From assembly GCF_003790525.1 (NCBI RefSeq), contig NZ_CP033635.1: a stretch of 64,000 nucleotides of DNA; one strand, 5' to 3'. The notes beneath the pieces were generated by a model that ran no database searches, was not told the DNA's origin, and saw nothing but the letters and a program-made list of their open reading frames with translations. Within the stretch, counting starts at the first letter, position 1. Every line of letters begins with the position of its first letter. Source of the stretch: Escherichia coli (GTDB lineage: Bacteria; Pseudomonadota; Gammaproteobacteria; Enterobacterales; Enterobacteriaceae). This document shows positions 11,430-21,424 of the stretch, in pieces. The translations under genes were made by a program, and so were the position numbers.

Positions 11430-11614
11430 TGGAGCACCTCAAAAACACCATCATACACTAAATCAGTAAGTTGGCAGCATCACCCACAACGTCAATAAGG
11501 GCATATTCTTCAAAGATAATGTCCATTTCTGCCGACACACTCATACTCAGGCCGCCCCACTCCCTGGGGCTTAAATCTCTTACTGTTCACCGTTGCAGAT
11601 ATATCAAGTTCGTA

Positions 11615-12997
11615 TCAACCTGCCACACTCCCCCACACCAGTTGCCCTTTATGGAACGTTGCGGTTCTCGGCGAGATACGCGCCACCGCCTCGGCGGAAC
11701 AGGAGGCGTCCACCAGCACAAAGCTGGCGTCATCCTGCGCTTTGGGCCACACGCGCTCGCCTTTTTCGTTGAGCGGCAATACATCGCCAGTGGCTAAAAA
11801 CAGCGAACGGGACAAATTCTGTTCGTTAGGACGAATATAGAGCTGCGCGTAGAGATTGGCTTTTTCCAGCATGTCGCCCAGGCCGTAGGGAGACCAGTGG
11901 TCGATAACGCTGTCGGTGCCGGTCATGACTTTTACGCCTTTGTCGTGCAACTGTTTGAGCGGCATATGCAGCGTGTCAATCGGCACCGTCGAGGCGATAG
12001 AAATTTGCTGCGCCGCCATCCGGTGCGCCAGTTCATCTACCTGTTGTTCGTTGAGCGTTGCCAACGCAAAGGCGTGACTGATGGTCAGCTTGCCCTTCAG
12101 CTGTGGCGTTTTCTCTACCGTTTCAACCATATAATTGATGGCTGCCACGCCCGACGGAGTGGTTTCGTGCAGGTGAATATCGACGCCTTTGTCGTAGTCC
12201 AGCGCAATCTGGAACATGGTGTCGAGGGATTTTTCCATCGCGCCATCAACACTGGTCGGGTCCAGCCCGCCGACGTAATGCGCCCCCGCCTGCATCGCTT
12301 CGCGCATTAAGGCTTCCGATTTCGACAGCAGCAAACCGTGCTGCGGGAAGGCGACAATTTCACACTCGAAGCCCGCCTGACGTCGCGCCAGCACCGCCTG
12401 CAAATTTTGCAGATTTTTCAGGCCGGAAACCGGTTCGATATTGCAATGGCTGCGGGCAATGGTGGTGCCTTTCGACTGCAATAAATCGATCAGTTTTTCC
12501 ACCCGTTCCTGCGTGTACGGTTGCAGTTCCGGCAGCATTTTCTGCTCGAGTTTGATCATGTCCTGGATAGTGGTGCCTGCCGGACGATTGAGCGAGCGCC
12601 ACGGCCCGCCGTAGAAGGTTTTGTCGAGATGAATATGCATGTCGCGGGTGGTGGGCAGCATCAGCTTACCGCCAGCGTCATAGTGCGGTAGCGTGGCGTC
12701 CGGATGCTGCTTGTTCTCGCGCAGGGCAACAATTTTACCGTCCTGAATCTCCACGGTCTGGCGCGCCGTGCGGGTCTGTACCGCCACGCCATTTTCGTAG
12801 TCAAAACCGGTTTCCAGCAGCACGTTATCGAGATAGTAATGCGGGTCAGTGATTTTCATGGTGTTGTTCGCTTCGCAGTTTAGGGTGCCAGCTACCCCCG
12901 CATGGGCGAGCGGCACTGAGGTACCAAACAGCGCGGCGGCGGTAACCATCTTACCGCTCTGGCTCAGAAATTCACGGCGGCTATTGTTTTCTTTCAT
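11615..12997 (-). CDS. yahJ: Tat-signal amidohydrolase/deaminase (metal-dependent hydrolase superfamily)
   Basis: 460 aa; N-terminal twin-arginine motif SRREFLSQSG...AHA; amidohydrolase HxH-type fold features. Confidence 0.8.
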   Translation of the reverse strand: MKENNSRREFLSQSGKMVTAAALFGTSVPLAHAGVAGTLNCEANNTMKITDPHYYLDNVLLETGFDYENGVAVQTRTARQTVEIQDGKIVALRENKQHPDATLPHYDAGGKLMLPTTRDMHIHLDKTFYGGPWRSLNRPAGTTIQDMIKLEQKMLPELQPYTQERVEKLIDLLQSKGTTIARSHCNIEPVSGLKNLQNLQAVLARRQAGFECEIVAFPQHGLLLSKSEALMREAMQAGAHYVGGLDPTSVDGAMEKSLDTMFQIALDYDKGVDIHLHETTPSGVAAINYMVETVEKTPQLKGKLTISHAFALATLNEQQVDELAHRMAAQQISIASTVPIDTLHMPLKQLHDKGVKVMTGTDSVIDHWSPYGLGDMLEKANLYAQLYIRPNEQNLSRSLFLATGDVLPLNEKGERVWPKAQDDASFVLVDASCSAEAVARISPRTATFHKGQLVWGSVAG

Positions 12998-13006
12998 CTT
13001 ACGTCC

Positions 13007-13957
13007 TTAGGTTTTAATAATATGGGTGCCCGTTTCGCCGCGTAGCGCCGCAGGCAGGCATTCCGGCGTGGTGATAATCACTTCTTTACCGCCCTGCTCC
13101 AGGAACGTCAGGCTGGCGATGATTTTTGGCAACATGCTGCCGGGTGGGAAATGCCCTTCCTGCATATAGCGGGTCATGGTGGCAATATCCACCCGATCCA
13201 GCACCTGCTGCTGCGGTTTGCCAAAGTGAATACACACTTTTTCCACGCCAGTGGTGATCACCAGAATGTCGGCGTGAATTTCACGGGCCAATAGCGCGGT
13301 AGAGAGATCTTTGTCGATAACCGCGTCCACGCTTTGGTAATCCCCCGCTTCAGTACGCACTACCGGAATTCCACCGCCGCCCGCGCCAATCACCACAAAA
13401 CCTTGTTGGATCAGCGCCTTAATGGCAGGTGCTTCGACAATACGTTTCGGTTCCGGCGAGGCGACCACGCGGCGATAGCCCCGTCCGGCATCTTCAACAA
13501 AACGCCAGTCAGGGTTTGCCTTTTGTAGTTCGTCACGCTGGCTTTCACTAAAGAATGCGCCGATGGGCTTGGTGGGATGGGCAAACCCCGGATCGTTTTT
13601 ATCCACTTCCACCTGAGTCACCACGGTGACGGCTTTTTTCTCGCCGTGACGCGCCAGCCGGTTATTCAGCGCCTGCTGGATCAGATAGCCAATGCCGCCT
13701 TGCGTATCCGCCACACAGTTCGCCAGCGGCGTTAAGGGCAGCCCTTCGCGCTCGTGGGCAATCTCCGCGCGGCGTAAATCTAAACCGACCTGCGGTCCGT
13801 TGCCGTGGGTCAGCACAATGTCGTAATCGGAAGCCAGCATTTCCAGCACCGTATCGGCGACGGCCTTCACCGCCTCCGCCTGATGCTCAATCGACTGGCT
13901 GGCGTTATCTTTGATAATGCTGTTGCCACCAATGGCAACGACCACAAGTTCTTTCAT
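13007..13957 (-). CDS. yahI: Carbamate kinase-like protein
   Basis: 316 aa from MKELVVVAIGGNSI (amino-acid kinase family); the longer track ORF (to 14131) is an upstream in-frame extension overlapping yahG. Confidence 0.85.
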   Translation of the reverse strand: MKELVVVAIGGNSIIKDNASQSIEHQAEAVKAVADTVLEMLASDYDIVLTHGNGPQVGLDLRRAEIAHEREGLPLTPLANCVADTQGGIGYLIQQALNNRLARHGEKKAVTVVTQVEVDKNDPGFAHPTKPIGAFFSESQRDELQKANPDWRFVEDAGRGYRRVVASPEPKRIVEAPAIKALIQQGFVVIGAGGGGIPVVRTEAGDYQSVDAVIDKDLSTALLAREIHADILVITTGVEKVCIHFGKPQQQVLDRVDIATMTRYMQEGHFPPGSMLPKIIASLTFLEQGGKEVIITTPECLPAALRGETGTHIIKT

Positions 13958-14051
13958 GTTGTTATGTCCGCTACAGAGGGTGATGGGGTTATGAGAGTGA
14001 GGTTGCCCTTCTCCCCAAAAGGGAGAAGGTATCGTAAGGTGCGTTTGCAGG

Positions 14052-15470
14052 TCAGACGCCGTAACGTTCGCACCAGCCAAGAATGGCTTTTTCGAAGCAG
14101 GCGAATGGTGGATGCACAATGCCCGCGCCAATCATGCCGACGCCCGCATCTTTATGGGCAATGGCGGTGTTGATCACCGGCAGAATGCCGCTGCTACCCA
14201 CGCGGGTGATGTCGATTGCCGACGGCACGCCCATAAAACCGAGCAGCGGAATGGTGACGTTGGGGTTTTCGCCGAGAGTGATTTCGCGCATCTGACGGGA
14301 GAAATCGATAGCCTCTTCCACCGTACCGCCCACCAGCGCGACGATTGCAGGCGCGGTCGCCATAGCAAATCCGCCAATGCCGTAGGTTTCGGTGATGGCG
14401 CTGTCGCCGATATCCAGCCCCGAATCTTCCGGCTTATAACCGGCAAACATCGGGCCGATCACCTGCTGCGCCGGACCGGTAAACCATTGCCCCGGTAATC
14501 CGCTGACCCGCAGACCGAACTCGACGCCGTTACGCGCCATGGTGGTCACCACAGTGCTGTATTCGATGCCGTGCGCCGCATCCATCGCCGCTTTACACAT
14601 CGCCATCCACGTCGGGCCGGAGAAGTAGTCACTGCTGGCGACAAACTCAAACACTTCGCGCTGTTGCTCGACGGAGTAGCCCGCCTGAATAATCCCCGGC
14701 GTCAGCGCCTGAATCAGCAGCGTCGTCCCGGCGTTATTGCGGTTATGGCACTCATCGCCCATATGCAGCGCCTGCGCCAGCATTAAGCGCAGATCGATTT
14801 CGCCGATAATTTTCATCGCGTCGCGCAGCATGGGTCCCTGCACATCGCGCATCCAGTTGAGGCGGTCGATCACGCTCTGGTCGTTAGCGCCCATACGCAA
14901 AATCTTCGCCATCTGCTCGCTCATGTTGGTATAAGCGATGTTGCCATAGGTTTTGTTTTTCACGATGTGCATAAACATCGAGGCCGAGGTAACACCCGCC
15001 ATCGATCCCACACAGTCATGTTCGTGGCACGGCGAGAAAGTGATCTCACCGGAAGCCGCCAGTTCAGCCGCCTCGTCGAGATCTTTCGCCAGTCCTTCAA
15101 ACACCAGCGCTCCGGTGACCGCGCCTTTCATCGCGCCGCACATTTTTTCCCAGGTGACCGGCGGCCCGGCGTGAAGAATGGTTTTCGGCGTCATGCCCGG
15201 CACCACGTTAATCGCCTGATCAAAACCAATCAGCACCGGATGTGACTGAATAATGCGCTCCGGCGCCTGCTGATTCGCGGCGGCGATTTTGTCTGCCAGC
15301 GGCGAATCAGCAATGTTATCCAGCGCCTGCACCACCTGCATATTGCCCTGCCCCGGCGGCGTCCAGTCGAGTTGAGTCACTTCTACATGCTGCTTTTTCA
15401 GGTCATCGCTAAACATGGCGATGCCGACGTTAATAACGTTCAATGGTTGGCTAAACAGTGACTGGCTCAT
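14052..15470 (-). CDS. yahG: DUF1116-family protein (YlbE-like)
   Basis: 472 aa ORF; synteny; paralogue of ylbE in the fdrA cluster. Confidence 0.75.
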   Translation of the reverse strand: MSQSLFSQPLNVINVGIAMFSDDLKKQHVEVTQLDWTPPGQGNMQVVQALDNIADSPLADKIAAANQQAPERIIQSHPVLIGFDQAINVVPGMTPKTILHAGPPVTWEKMCGAMKGAVTGALVFEGLAKDLDEAAELAASGEITFSPCHEHDCVGSMAGVTSASMFMHIVKNKTYGNIAYTNMSEQMAKILRMGANDQSVIDRLNWMRDVQGPMLRDAMKIIGEIDLRLMLAQALHMGDECHNRNNAGTTLLIQALTPGIIQAGYSVEQQREVFEFVASSDYFSGPTWMAMCKAAMDAAHGIEYSTVVTTMARNGVEFGLRVSGLPGQWFTGPAQQVIGPMFAGYKPEDSGLDIGDSAITETYGIGGFAMATAPAIVALVGGTVEEAIDFSRQMREITLGENPNVTIPLLGFMGVPSAIDITRVGSSGILPVINTAIAHKDAGVGMIGAGIVHPPFACFEKAILGWCERYGV

Positions 15471-17017
15471 CAGGCTTCCTCCCCTTTGCAGATAAATTCA
15501 CGCGCCAGCAATCCGGTATTGGTGCTGCTGCTCGCCAGAATCACTCCGGCATCAAGCAGCATCTGGCTTTGTTGTTCTAATGATGGCGTATCAAGATCGG
15601 TACCCAGCACATAGGCGAGAATGATCAACTCACGTCCTTCGGCAGCGGCGATCGCTTTCGCCTCTTTGATCGCCTCGATGGTGGAACCGACCGGATCTTC
15701 ATGCGATCCAAACCCGAGCACAAAATCCATCACGATCAACGCCACTTCTGGATCGCGCGCCTCTTCGATCAAGCGGCTGATACGGTTGGTGGGGTCAATC
15801 ATTGGATGCGGCTTGCCGTTGGTAAAATCGTCATCGCCAAAGTCGAGGAAGGTATGTTTGACGCTGCGGTTGATATCTTTCAGGCGGAATTCAGGATCGG
15901 GCTGGATGTTGCTGTAGACATCGCCGTGTTTTTCCATCACCGCGAACATGGTTTCGTCACACAGCGTACCTCCGCAGAACAGGCCACGAATGTATTTCTG
16001 TTGCGGCTTCAGGCGAGCGCGCACGTCAGCAATCAATGGCTGGTTCAGGGTATGCAGATCGAGATGTTCCTGTTTCACGCCGGAGAGCATTACCGCTTTC
16101 AGCGCCGCCTCTTTGCTGCCGCGAGCAAACTGTAGCCCTTGCTCATCCACTGGCGTTTCGCCACGACCGAGGAAGCAGACCACCACCGGCTTGCGGCAGG
16201 CACGTGCGCGTTCCAGCACTTTGCGGGCCACCGCAGGCGCAGGCGGTTTGGAGATAAGCACAATGATTTCAGTTTGCGGATCGTTTTCCAGCATCCCGAT
16301 GGCGTCGAACATCATCAGGCCGCCGATTTTCTCGCTCAGGTCGCGCCCACCGGTGCCAATCAGTTGCGAAACGCCGCCGCCAAATTCATGGATACGGACG
16401 CTCAGTTCCTGGCTACCGGTGCCGGATGCGCCAACAATACCGATGTTGCCGCGACGCACGGCGTTACCAAAGCAGAGCGCCGCGCCGTTGATAATCGCCG
16501 TGCCGCAGTCTGGCCCCATCAGCAGCAGCCCTTTTTCATGGGCCAACTGTTTGAGCGCCAGTTCATCTTCAACCGAGACGTTATCGGAAAACAGCATCAC
16601 GTTAAGATCATTTTGCAGCGCCTGACGCGCTTCGCGAGCGGCAAACAGACCGTTGACCGAAATCACTGCCAGGTTACTTTCCGGGATATGCTTTTTGGCG
16701 CTGGCAATAGTGGCGTAACGCGCCTCGTGCGAGCCGCTTTGCGCTTTGGTGTTGAACAGTTCTTCAATCTCCACCAGCAACTGCTCGTTGTCTGCGCCCG
16801 CTTTGCCGTTGATGACAATCATCAGGTCGCCGTTTTTCGCCTGCTCCAGCTCCGGCGTCAGCAGCCCTAAATTCTTCAGCACGCCTTTGTTCATTTCGGT
16901 CGCCATCGCCACAAATGCCTGCTCGACGCCGTCGAGTTTATTTGCACGTGTGGAGATAGACATCAGCGAGACAGAATCAAAATAGGTATTCGGTTTAATG
17001 ACTATTTTAACTGACAT
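15470..17017 (-). CDS. yahF: FdrA-like CoA-ligase-fold protein (succinyl-CoA synthetase alpha-like domain)
   Basis: 515 aa ORF with CoA-binding/ligase-CoA-like glycine-rich segments; stop overlaps yahG start. Confidence 0.78.
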   Translation of the reverse strand: MSVKIVIKPNTYFDSVSLMSISTRANKLDGVEQAFVAMATEMNKGVLKNLGLLTPELEQAKNGDLMIVINGKAGADNEQLLVEIEELFNTKAQSGSHEARYATIASAKKHIPESNLAVISVNGLFAAREARQALQNDLNVMLFSDNVSVEDELALKQLAHEKGLLLMGPDCGTAIINGAALCFGNAVRRGNIGIVGASGTGSQELSVRIHEFGGGVSQLIGTGGRDLSEKIGGLMMFDAIGMLENDPQTEIIVLISKPPAPAVARKVLERARACRKPVVVCFLGRGETPVDEQGLQFARGSKEAALKAVMLSGVKQEHLDLHTLNQPLIADVRARLKPQQKYIRGLFCGGTLCDETMFAVMEKHGDVYSNIQPDPEFRLKDINRSVKHTFLDFGDDDFTNGKPHPMIDPTNRISRLIEEARDPEVALIVMDFVLGFGSHEDPVGSTIEAIKEAKAIAAAEGRELIILAYVLGTDLDTPSLEQQSQMLLDAGVILASSSTNTGLLAREFICKGEEA

Positions 17018-17870
17018 AATTCCCTCCGTAGGTTTGGCTCAGCGCACAACCATCGGCCATGCCATACAGCATGTCGCAGCCGGAACTGGAGCCAATATGT
17101 TTAATTTTTTCTATTGCCTGAGTTGCGTTCCCAGGGATGTCATAAATAATGTTATGAATAAAACGATGAATATTTTCCCGGCAGCGTTGTTGTAATGCGG
17201 CTTCCAGCGTTATGGCACTTAATAACGTGGTATTATTTCTGCCGCGTTGCAGACCGAGATAAAATTCCTCTTTGTATTTTTCCGCCGGATGTCCGGAAAT
17301 AAATAAAACAAGCGCCAGACCTGTTAAATAATCGTCGGCTGATGGCGTAAGGCCAATCCCTAAGCCCATCATACTGGCGACTGCTGAGGCGATATTTTGT
17401 TTATCGTTTACGGCCTGAATAACTGCCCGTCGTTTAATATGTAATTCTTTATTTAACGCCTGATAAAACGGACTATCGCCGCGATAATTAAACAGGGTTT
17501 CATTTTCCCCCAGGTGCTGATGAATTATGTCGTGCCACTGTTGCCAGGCGATAAAGTGAAAATTCACAGCGGTCATTTGCAAGGTTGGGGACAGCCAAAG
17601 CCGACAACGACTCATCTCTATATGAAGATGTTGACCAACCGTAATGCCTTGATCGTCAAACTGAACCTTATCACCATGCCGGAACAGACCATCAAAGTGA
17701 GTGAGTGCCAACCGACAACTGTTTGGCGCATTGTCGTACTCTTCACAAAGCAGCGTTAGCAACTGCTGGCGAGCCGGGAGTGCGATATTTACCGCTCTGG
17801 CAAAGAGCTGTTCAACCTGTCCTTGCCCCCGCTGCGCCAGAAAATCCGCATCCGCAGTTAGCGCCCACAC
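17007..17870 (-). CDS. yahE: DUF2877-family protein (YlbF-like)
   Basis: 287 aa ORF; synteny; overlaps yahF start by 11 nt. Confidence 0.7.
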   Translation of the reverse strand: MWALTADADFLAQRGQGQVEQLFARAVNIALPARQQLLTLLCEEYDNAPNSCRLALTHFDGLFRHGDKVQFDDQGITVGQHLHIEMSRCRLWLSPTLQMTAVNFHFIAWQQWHDIIHQHLGENETLFNYRGDSPFYQALNKELHIKRRAVIQAVNDKQNIASAVASMMGLGIGLTPSADDYLTGLALVLFISGHPAEKYKEEFYLGLQRGRNNTTLLSAITLEAALQQRCRENIHRFIHNIIYDIPGNATQAIEKIKHIGSSSGCDMLYGMADGCALSQTYGGNYVS

Positions 17871-17909
17871 ACACCGTCTTTCTGGTGTGTTGATAGCAAG
17901 CCTCCCGGT

Positions 17910-18515
17910 TTATGCGCCTGCGGCAATCAGTAACTGCGCAATCTCTTCAAAGCCTCGTTCCCGCGCCAGTTCCAGCGGCGTTTTGCCATATTTATCCGTC
18001 ATGTGCGGGCTGGCACCGTGTTCCAGCAATAACTGGACAATCGCCTGCTGTTTAATCCCGCCATCATTAAGCACAATTGCTTCCAGTAGCGGCGTCCAGC
18101 CAACATGGTTGGTCTGGTTAACGTTAATCTCCGTATGCGCCAAAAGCTCTTTTACAATACTTAAATGGCCTTTTTCACAGGCAGGCGTCAGGCCGACACC
18201 GCCAAAACGGGTTACGCAATTAAGATCGGGTTTAGCCGGTAAAATAATCCGTAACAGGGTTAAATCGCCGGTCAGGCAGCTAATTAAAAAAGGATTTGAA
18301 CATATCTGATCTTGCTTATTAATATCCGCTCCGGCGTCAATTAATGCCTGAACGCAAGCATATTGCTGATATAAACTTGCCAGCGTAATTGCCGTTTTCC
18401 CCTGACGATCGCAGGTATTAATATCGACACCCAGCGCAAGGCAGGTTTTTACTTTATCGATATCACCCTGTTGCGCAGCCAATAAATAGTCGGCAGGTAG
18501 ATTTTTTATAGTCAT
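17910..18515 (-). CDS. yahD: Ankyrin-repeat protein
   Basis: 201 aa ORF with repeated ankyrin motifs (G-TPL--A, LLEHGA). Confidence 0.8.
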   Translation of the reverse strand: MTIKNLPADYLLAAQQGDIDKVKTCLALGVDINTCDRQGKTAITLASLYQQYACVQALIDAGADINKQDQICSNPFLISCLTGDLTLLRIILPAKPDLNCVTRFGGVGLTPACEKGHLSIVKELLAHTEINVNQTNHVGWTPLLEAIVLNDGGIKQQAIVQLLLEHGASPHMTDKYGKTPLELARERGFEEIAQLLIAAGA

Positions 18516-18772
18516 TCACATTCCCCTGGTTTTTGTGGCTGTTTTCGATGAATTGAGAATAGCAACGATAATCTGATAAAAGAACCCGCTTAAATTTAAT
18601 TCGCCGTATTTCGCCTTTTTGTTGAATGATGTTCAACAATCTTTTCGCAGTGTGCGGTAATGCAATATTTGTTTCTTTGACCCGATACCCTTTCACTCAA
18701 TCAGGTTTTATTTCTCTATAGTCTGCACATGTAAGAGTAGCTTTCGTCCATGTCTAACCAGAGGGGAACAAG

Positions 18773-19270
18773 ATGAACGGACTCACGGCAACGGGTGTCA
18801 CCGTCGGTATTTGTGCAGGGCTTTGGCAGTTAGTGTCTTCACATGTCGGGCTCTCTCAGGGATGGGAATTATTAGGAACCATTGGCTTCGTCGCCTTTTG
18901 CAGTTTTTATGCCGCAGGCGGCGGTAAATCGGGGTTTATCAGAAGCCTGGCGGTTAATTATTCCGGGATGGTGTGGGCGTTTTTCGCCGCGCTGGCTGCC
19001 GGTTGGCTGGCCTCGGTGAGTGGATTGTCCACGTTCTGGGCGAGCGTGATTATGACTGTACCCTTCTCGGCGGTGGTGGTCTGGCAAGGACGTTTCGGTT
19101 TATTGTCTTTTATTCCCGGAGGCTTTCTCGGCATGACGCTATTTTTTGCCAGCGGGATGAACTGGACGGTGACGTTACTGGGTTTTCTGGCGGGTAACTG
19201 CGTGGGGATAATTTCAGAATATGGCGGACAAAAATTAAGCGAAGCGACGACTAAACGCGACGGGTATTAA
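18773..19270 (+). CDS. yahC: Small inner-membrane protein
   Basis: 165 aa strongly hydrophobic ORF; synteny. Confidence 0.7.
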   Translation: MNGLTATGVTVGICAGLWQLVSSHVGLSQGWELLGTIGFVAFCSFYAAGGGKSGFIRSLAVNYSGMVWAFFAALAAGWLASVSGLSTFWASVIMTVPFSAVVVWQGRFGLLSFIPGGFLGMTLFFASGMNWTVTLLGFLAGNCVGIISEYGGQKLSEATTKRDGY

Positions 19271-19361
19271 AAGTTATTCAAAAATGATTATCTATCTTTA
19301 ACCGATACCTCTACAGTCATGGCTGGAGAAATTCATATTCGATAATGGCGGGAATGGTTTA

Positions 19362-20294
19362 ATGAACTCAATTTTTACCGAAGAGAATCTGTTGGCATTT
19401 ACTACCGCTGCGCGTTTTGGCAGTTTCAGTAAAGCAGCAGAAGAGTTGGGTTTAACCACTTCCGCCATTAGCTACACCATCAAGCGAATGGAAACAGGGC
19501 TGGATGTGGTGCTGTTCACTCGCAGTACCCGAAGCATTGAGTTAACGGAGTCCGGGCGTTATTTTTTCCGCAAAGCTACCGACCTGCTGAATGATTTTCA
19601 CGCCATCAAACGCAGCATCGATACTATTTCGCAGGGTATAGAAGCACGGGTGCGCATTTGTATTAACCAACTGCTTTATACGCCCAAACACACCGCACGC
19701 TTATTACAGGTACTGAAAAAGCAGTTTCCAACCTGCCAGATTACCGTGACGACCGAAGTGTATAACGGCGTCTGGGATGCGATTATTAATAATCAGGCGA
19801 ATATTGCTATCGGCGCGCCCGACACACTGCTGGACGGCGGCGGCATTGATTACACGGAGATTGGCGCGATTCGCTGGGCTTTTGCTATCGCCCCGGATCA
19901 CCCGTTAGCCTTTGTGCCGGAACCCATCGCCGAAAGCCAGCTGCGTCTCTATCCTAATATCATGGTGGAAGACACCGCGCATACGATTAATAAAAAAGTG
20001 GGCTGGTTGCTGCATGGGCAGGAGTCGATTCTGGTGCCAGATTTCAACACCAAATGTCAGTGCCAGATTTTAGGTGAAGGAATTGGTTTTTTGCCGGATT
20101 ACATGGTCCGTGAGGCGATGGCGCAATCCCTGCTGGTTACCCGACAAATCCATAATCCGCGCCAGGATTCACGCATGTTACTCGCAACTCAGCATTCTGC
20201 TACGGGTCAGGTGACGCAGTGGATTAAAAAGCAATTTGCGCCAAATGGCATATTAACGGGGATCTATCAGGATTTACTGCATCGGGAGAATTAA
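19362..20294 (+). CDS. yahB: LysR-family transcriptional regulator
   Basis: 310 aa ORF with N-terminal LysR HTH (FTTAARFGSFSKAAEELGLTTSAISYTIKRME). Confidence 0.85.
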   Translation: MNSIFTEENLLAFTTAARFGSFSKAAEELGLTTSAISYTIKRMETGLDVVLFTRSTRSIELTESGRYFFRKATDLLNDFHAIKRSIDTISQGIEARVRICINQLLYTPKHTARLLQVLKKQFPTCQITVTTEVYNGVWDAIINNQANIAIGAPDTLLDGGGIDYTEIGAIRWAFAIAPDHPLAFVPEPIAESQLRLYPNIMVEDTAHTINKKVGWLLHGQESILVPDFNTKCQCQILGEGIGFLPDYMVREAMAQSLLVTRQIHNPRQDSRMLLATQHSATGQVTQWIKKQFAPNGILTGIYQDLLHREN

Positions 20295-20335
20295 TCGCTG
20301 CCAACCTCCCGATGCGCTGTGAATAGCGGTTTACA

Positions 20336-21424
20336 TCAACCACCTGCTTTCATTACCCATTCAGAGATAAATTTATTACCCGGTACTGGCGGAGAGTACA
20401 AATAGCCCTGCAAAAAGTGAACTCCTTTGCCGATCATTAAATCCGCCTGCTCCTGGGTTTCTACCCCTTCCGCCACGATACTCAGACCAGGCTTACGCGC
20501 CAGTTCGACAATATTGTCCACAATATGACCGGATATTTCGTCCACGCTCGCCATTTGCACAAATGACTTATCGATCTTAATAAAATCGACCGGGAACGCC
20601 TGCAAGTAACGATAGGTCGCATAACCCGTACCAAAGTCATCCAGCGCAAAGGTAATGTTGTGCTGATGAAGGCTGTCAAATATCGCTCTGGCTTCTGGCG
20701 TTACCGGAATAGGGTTACGTTCCGTCAGCTCAAGAACCAGTTTGATTTTATCGTTACCTAATTTCTTAACCAGGTTCAGACACTCTTTTTCAAATCCTGC
20801 GGCCAAAAAACAACCCGCCGAGACGTTGATGCCAATATGGAAATTGTCCGGCAGCAAATGTTTTACCGGCATCAGAATATCCGCAGTCTGTTTCATCAAC
20901 TGGCGAGTCATTATGACGATAAGACCAGATGACTCCGCCAGAGGAATAAACTGATCCGGTGGGATAATTCCCGTTTGTGGATGTTCCCAGCGGACAAGCA
21001 CCTCACAGCCCGTCAGTACCCCAGTCTGCGCGCAGAAAACCGGTTGGATCCACGGTTTAAATTCATGGTTTTCCAACGCCAGACTGATGGCTTCAGGCGT
21101 GACGATATGGTGATAGTGATTATCATTAATATATTTGTGACTATTATTACCCGTGGCGGATATGATCTCCGGATTGTACTGAAAGAAAATATCCCGCCAG
21201 AAAGTAATATCGCTCTGAATCCCCAGTTTCTCAAAGAGCTGTTTCTTTTGATGTGAAATGGTCTTTGCACTGCGATTTCTGTACTGTGATATTTCTGTTA
21301 CAGACATTCCCTGCATCAGCAGCTTGAGTAGCAGTCGTTCTTTCTCGGATACGCTACCAGGCAATGACAAATGAACCGTTGTACCGAACTCTTGCAGAAA
21401 AACACGAAAATCACATGAATTCAT
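20336..21424 (-). CDS. pdeL: c-di-GMP phosphodiesterase with LuxR-type HTH and EAL domain
   Basis: N-terminal LuxR HTH and C-terminal EAL-domain motifs (ELTE, DDFGTGY); 362 aa from third codon of track ORF. Confidence 0.85.
   Translation of the reverse strand: MNSCDFRVFLQEFGTTVHLSLPGSVSEKERLLLKLLMQGMSVTEISQYRNRSAKTISHQKKQLFEKLGIQSDITFWRDIFFQYNPEIISATGNNSHKYINDNHYHHIVTPEAISLALENHEFKPWIQPVFCAQTGVLTGCEVLVRWEHPQTGIIPPDQFIPLAESSGLIVIMTRQLMKQTADILMPVKHLLPDNFHIGINVSAGCFLAAGFEKECLNLVKKLGNDKIKLVLELTERNPIPVTPEARAIFDSLHQHNITFALDDFGTGYATYRYLQAFPVDFIKIDKSFVQMASVDEISGHIVDNIVELARKPGLSIVAEGVETQEQADLMIGKGVHFLQGYLYSPPVPGNKFISEWVMKAGG

Larger units (their letters stand above)
10717..11484 (-). mobile_element. 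IS1 insertion sequence, complete 768 bp
   Basis: Terminal inverted repeats GGTAATGACTCCAACTTATTGAT (10717) and ATCAGTAAGTTGGCAGCATCACC (11484); insA and insB inside; flanked by direct repeat CACAACGT (10708-10715 and 11485-11492). Confidence 0.95.

Noticed and set aside
13958..14131. N-terminal 58-codon extension of the yahI ORF as given by the ORF track
   Set aside because: The extension overlaps the 3' end of yahG and is Ala/Ser/His-rich; the conserved carbamate kinase N-terminus begins at MKELVVVAIGG, giving the expected 316 aa.
15948..16870. Long plus-strand ORFs (225 and 243 aa) antisense to yahF
   Set aside because: Arg/Ala/Pro-rich translations typical of antisense frames in GC-rich genes; yahF on the minus strand has a recognisable fold and operon context.
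17701..18309. 202-aa plus-strand ORF spanning the yahE/yahD boundary
   Set aside because: Antisense to two well-supported genes; Ser/Ala/Cys-rich low-complexity sequence with no start context.
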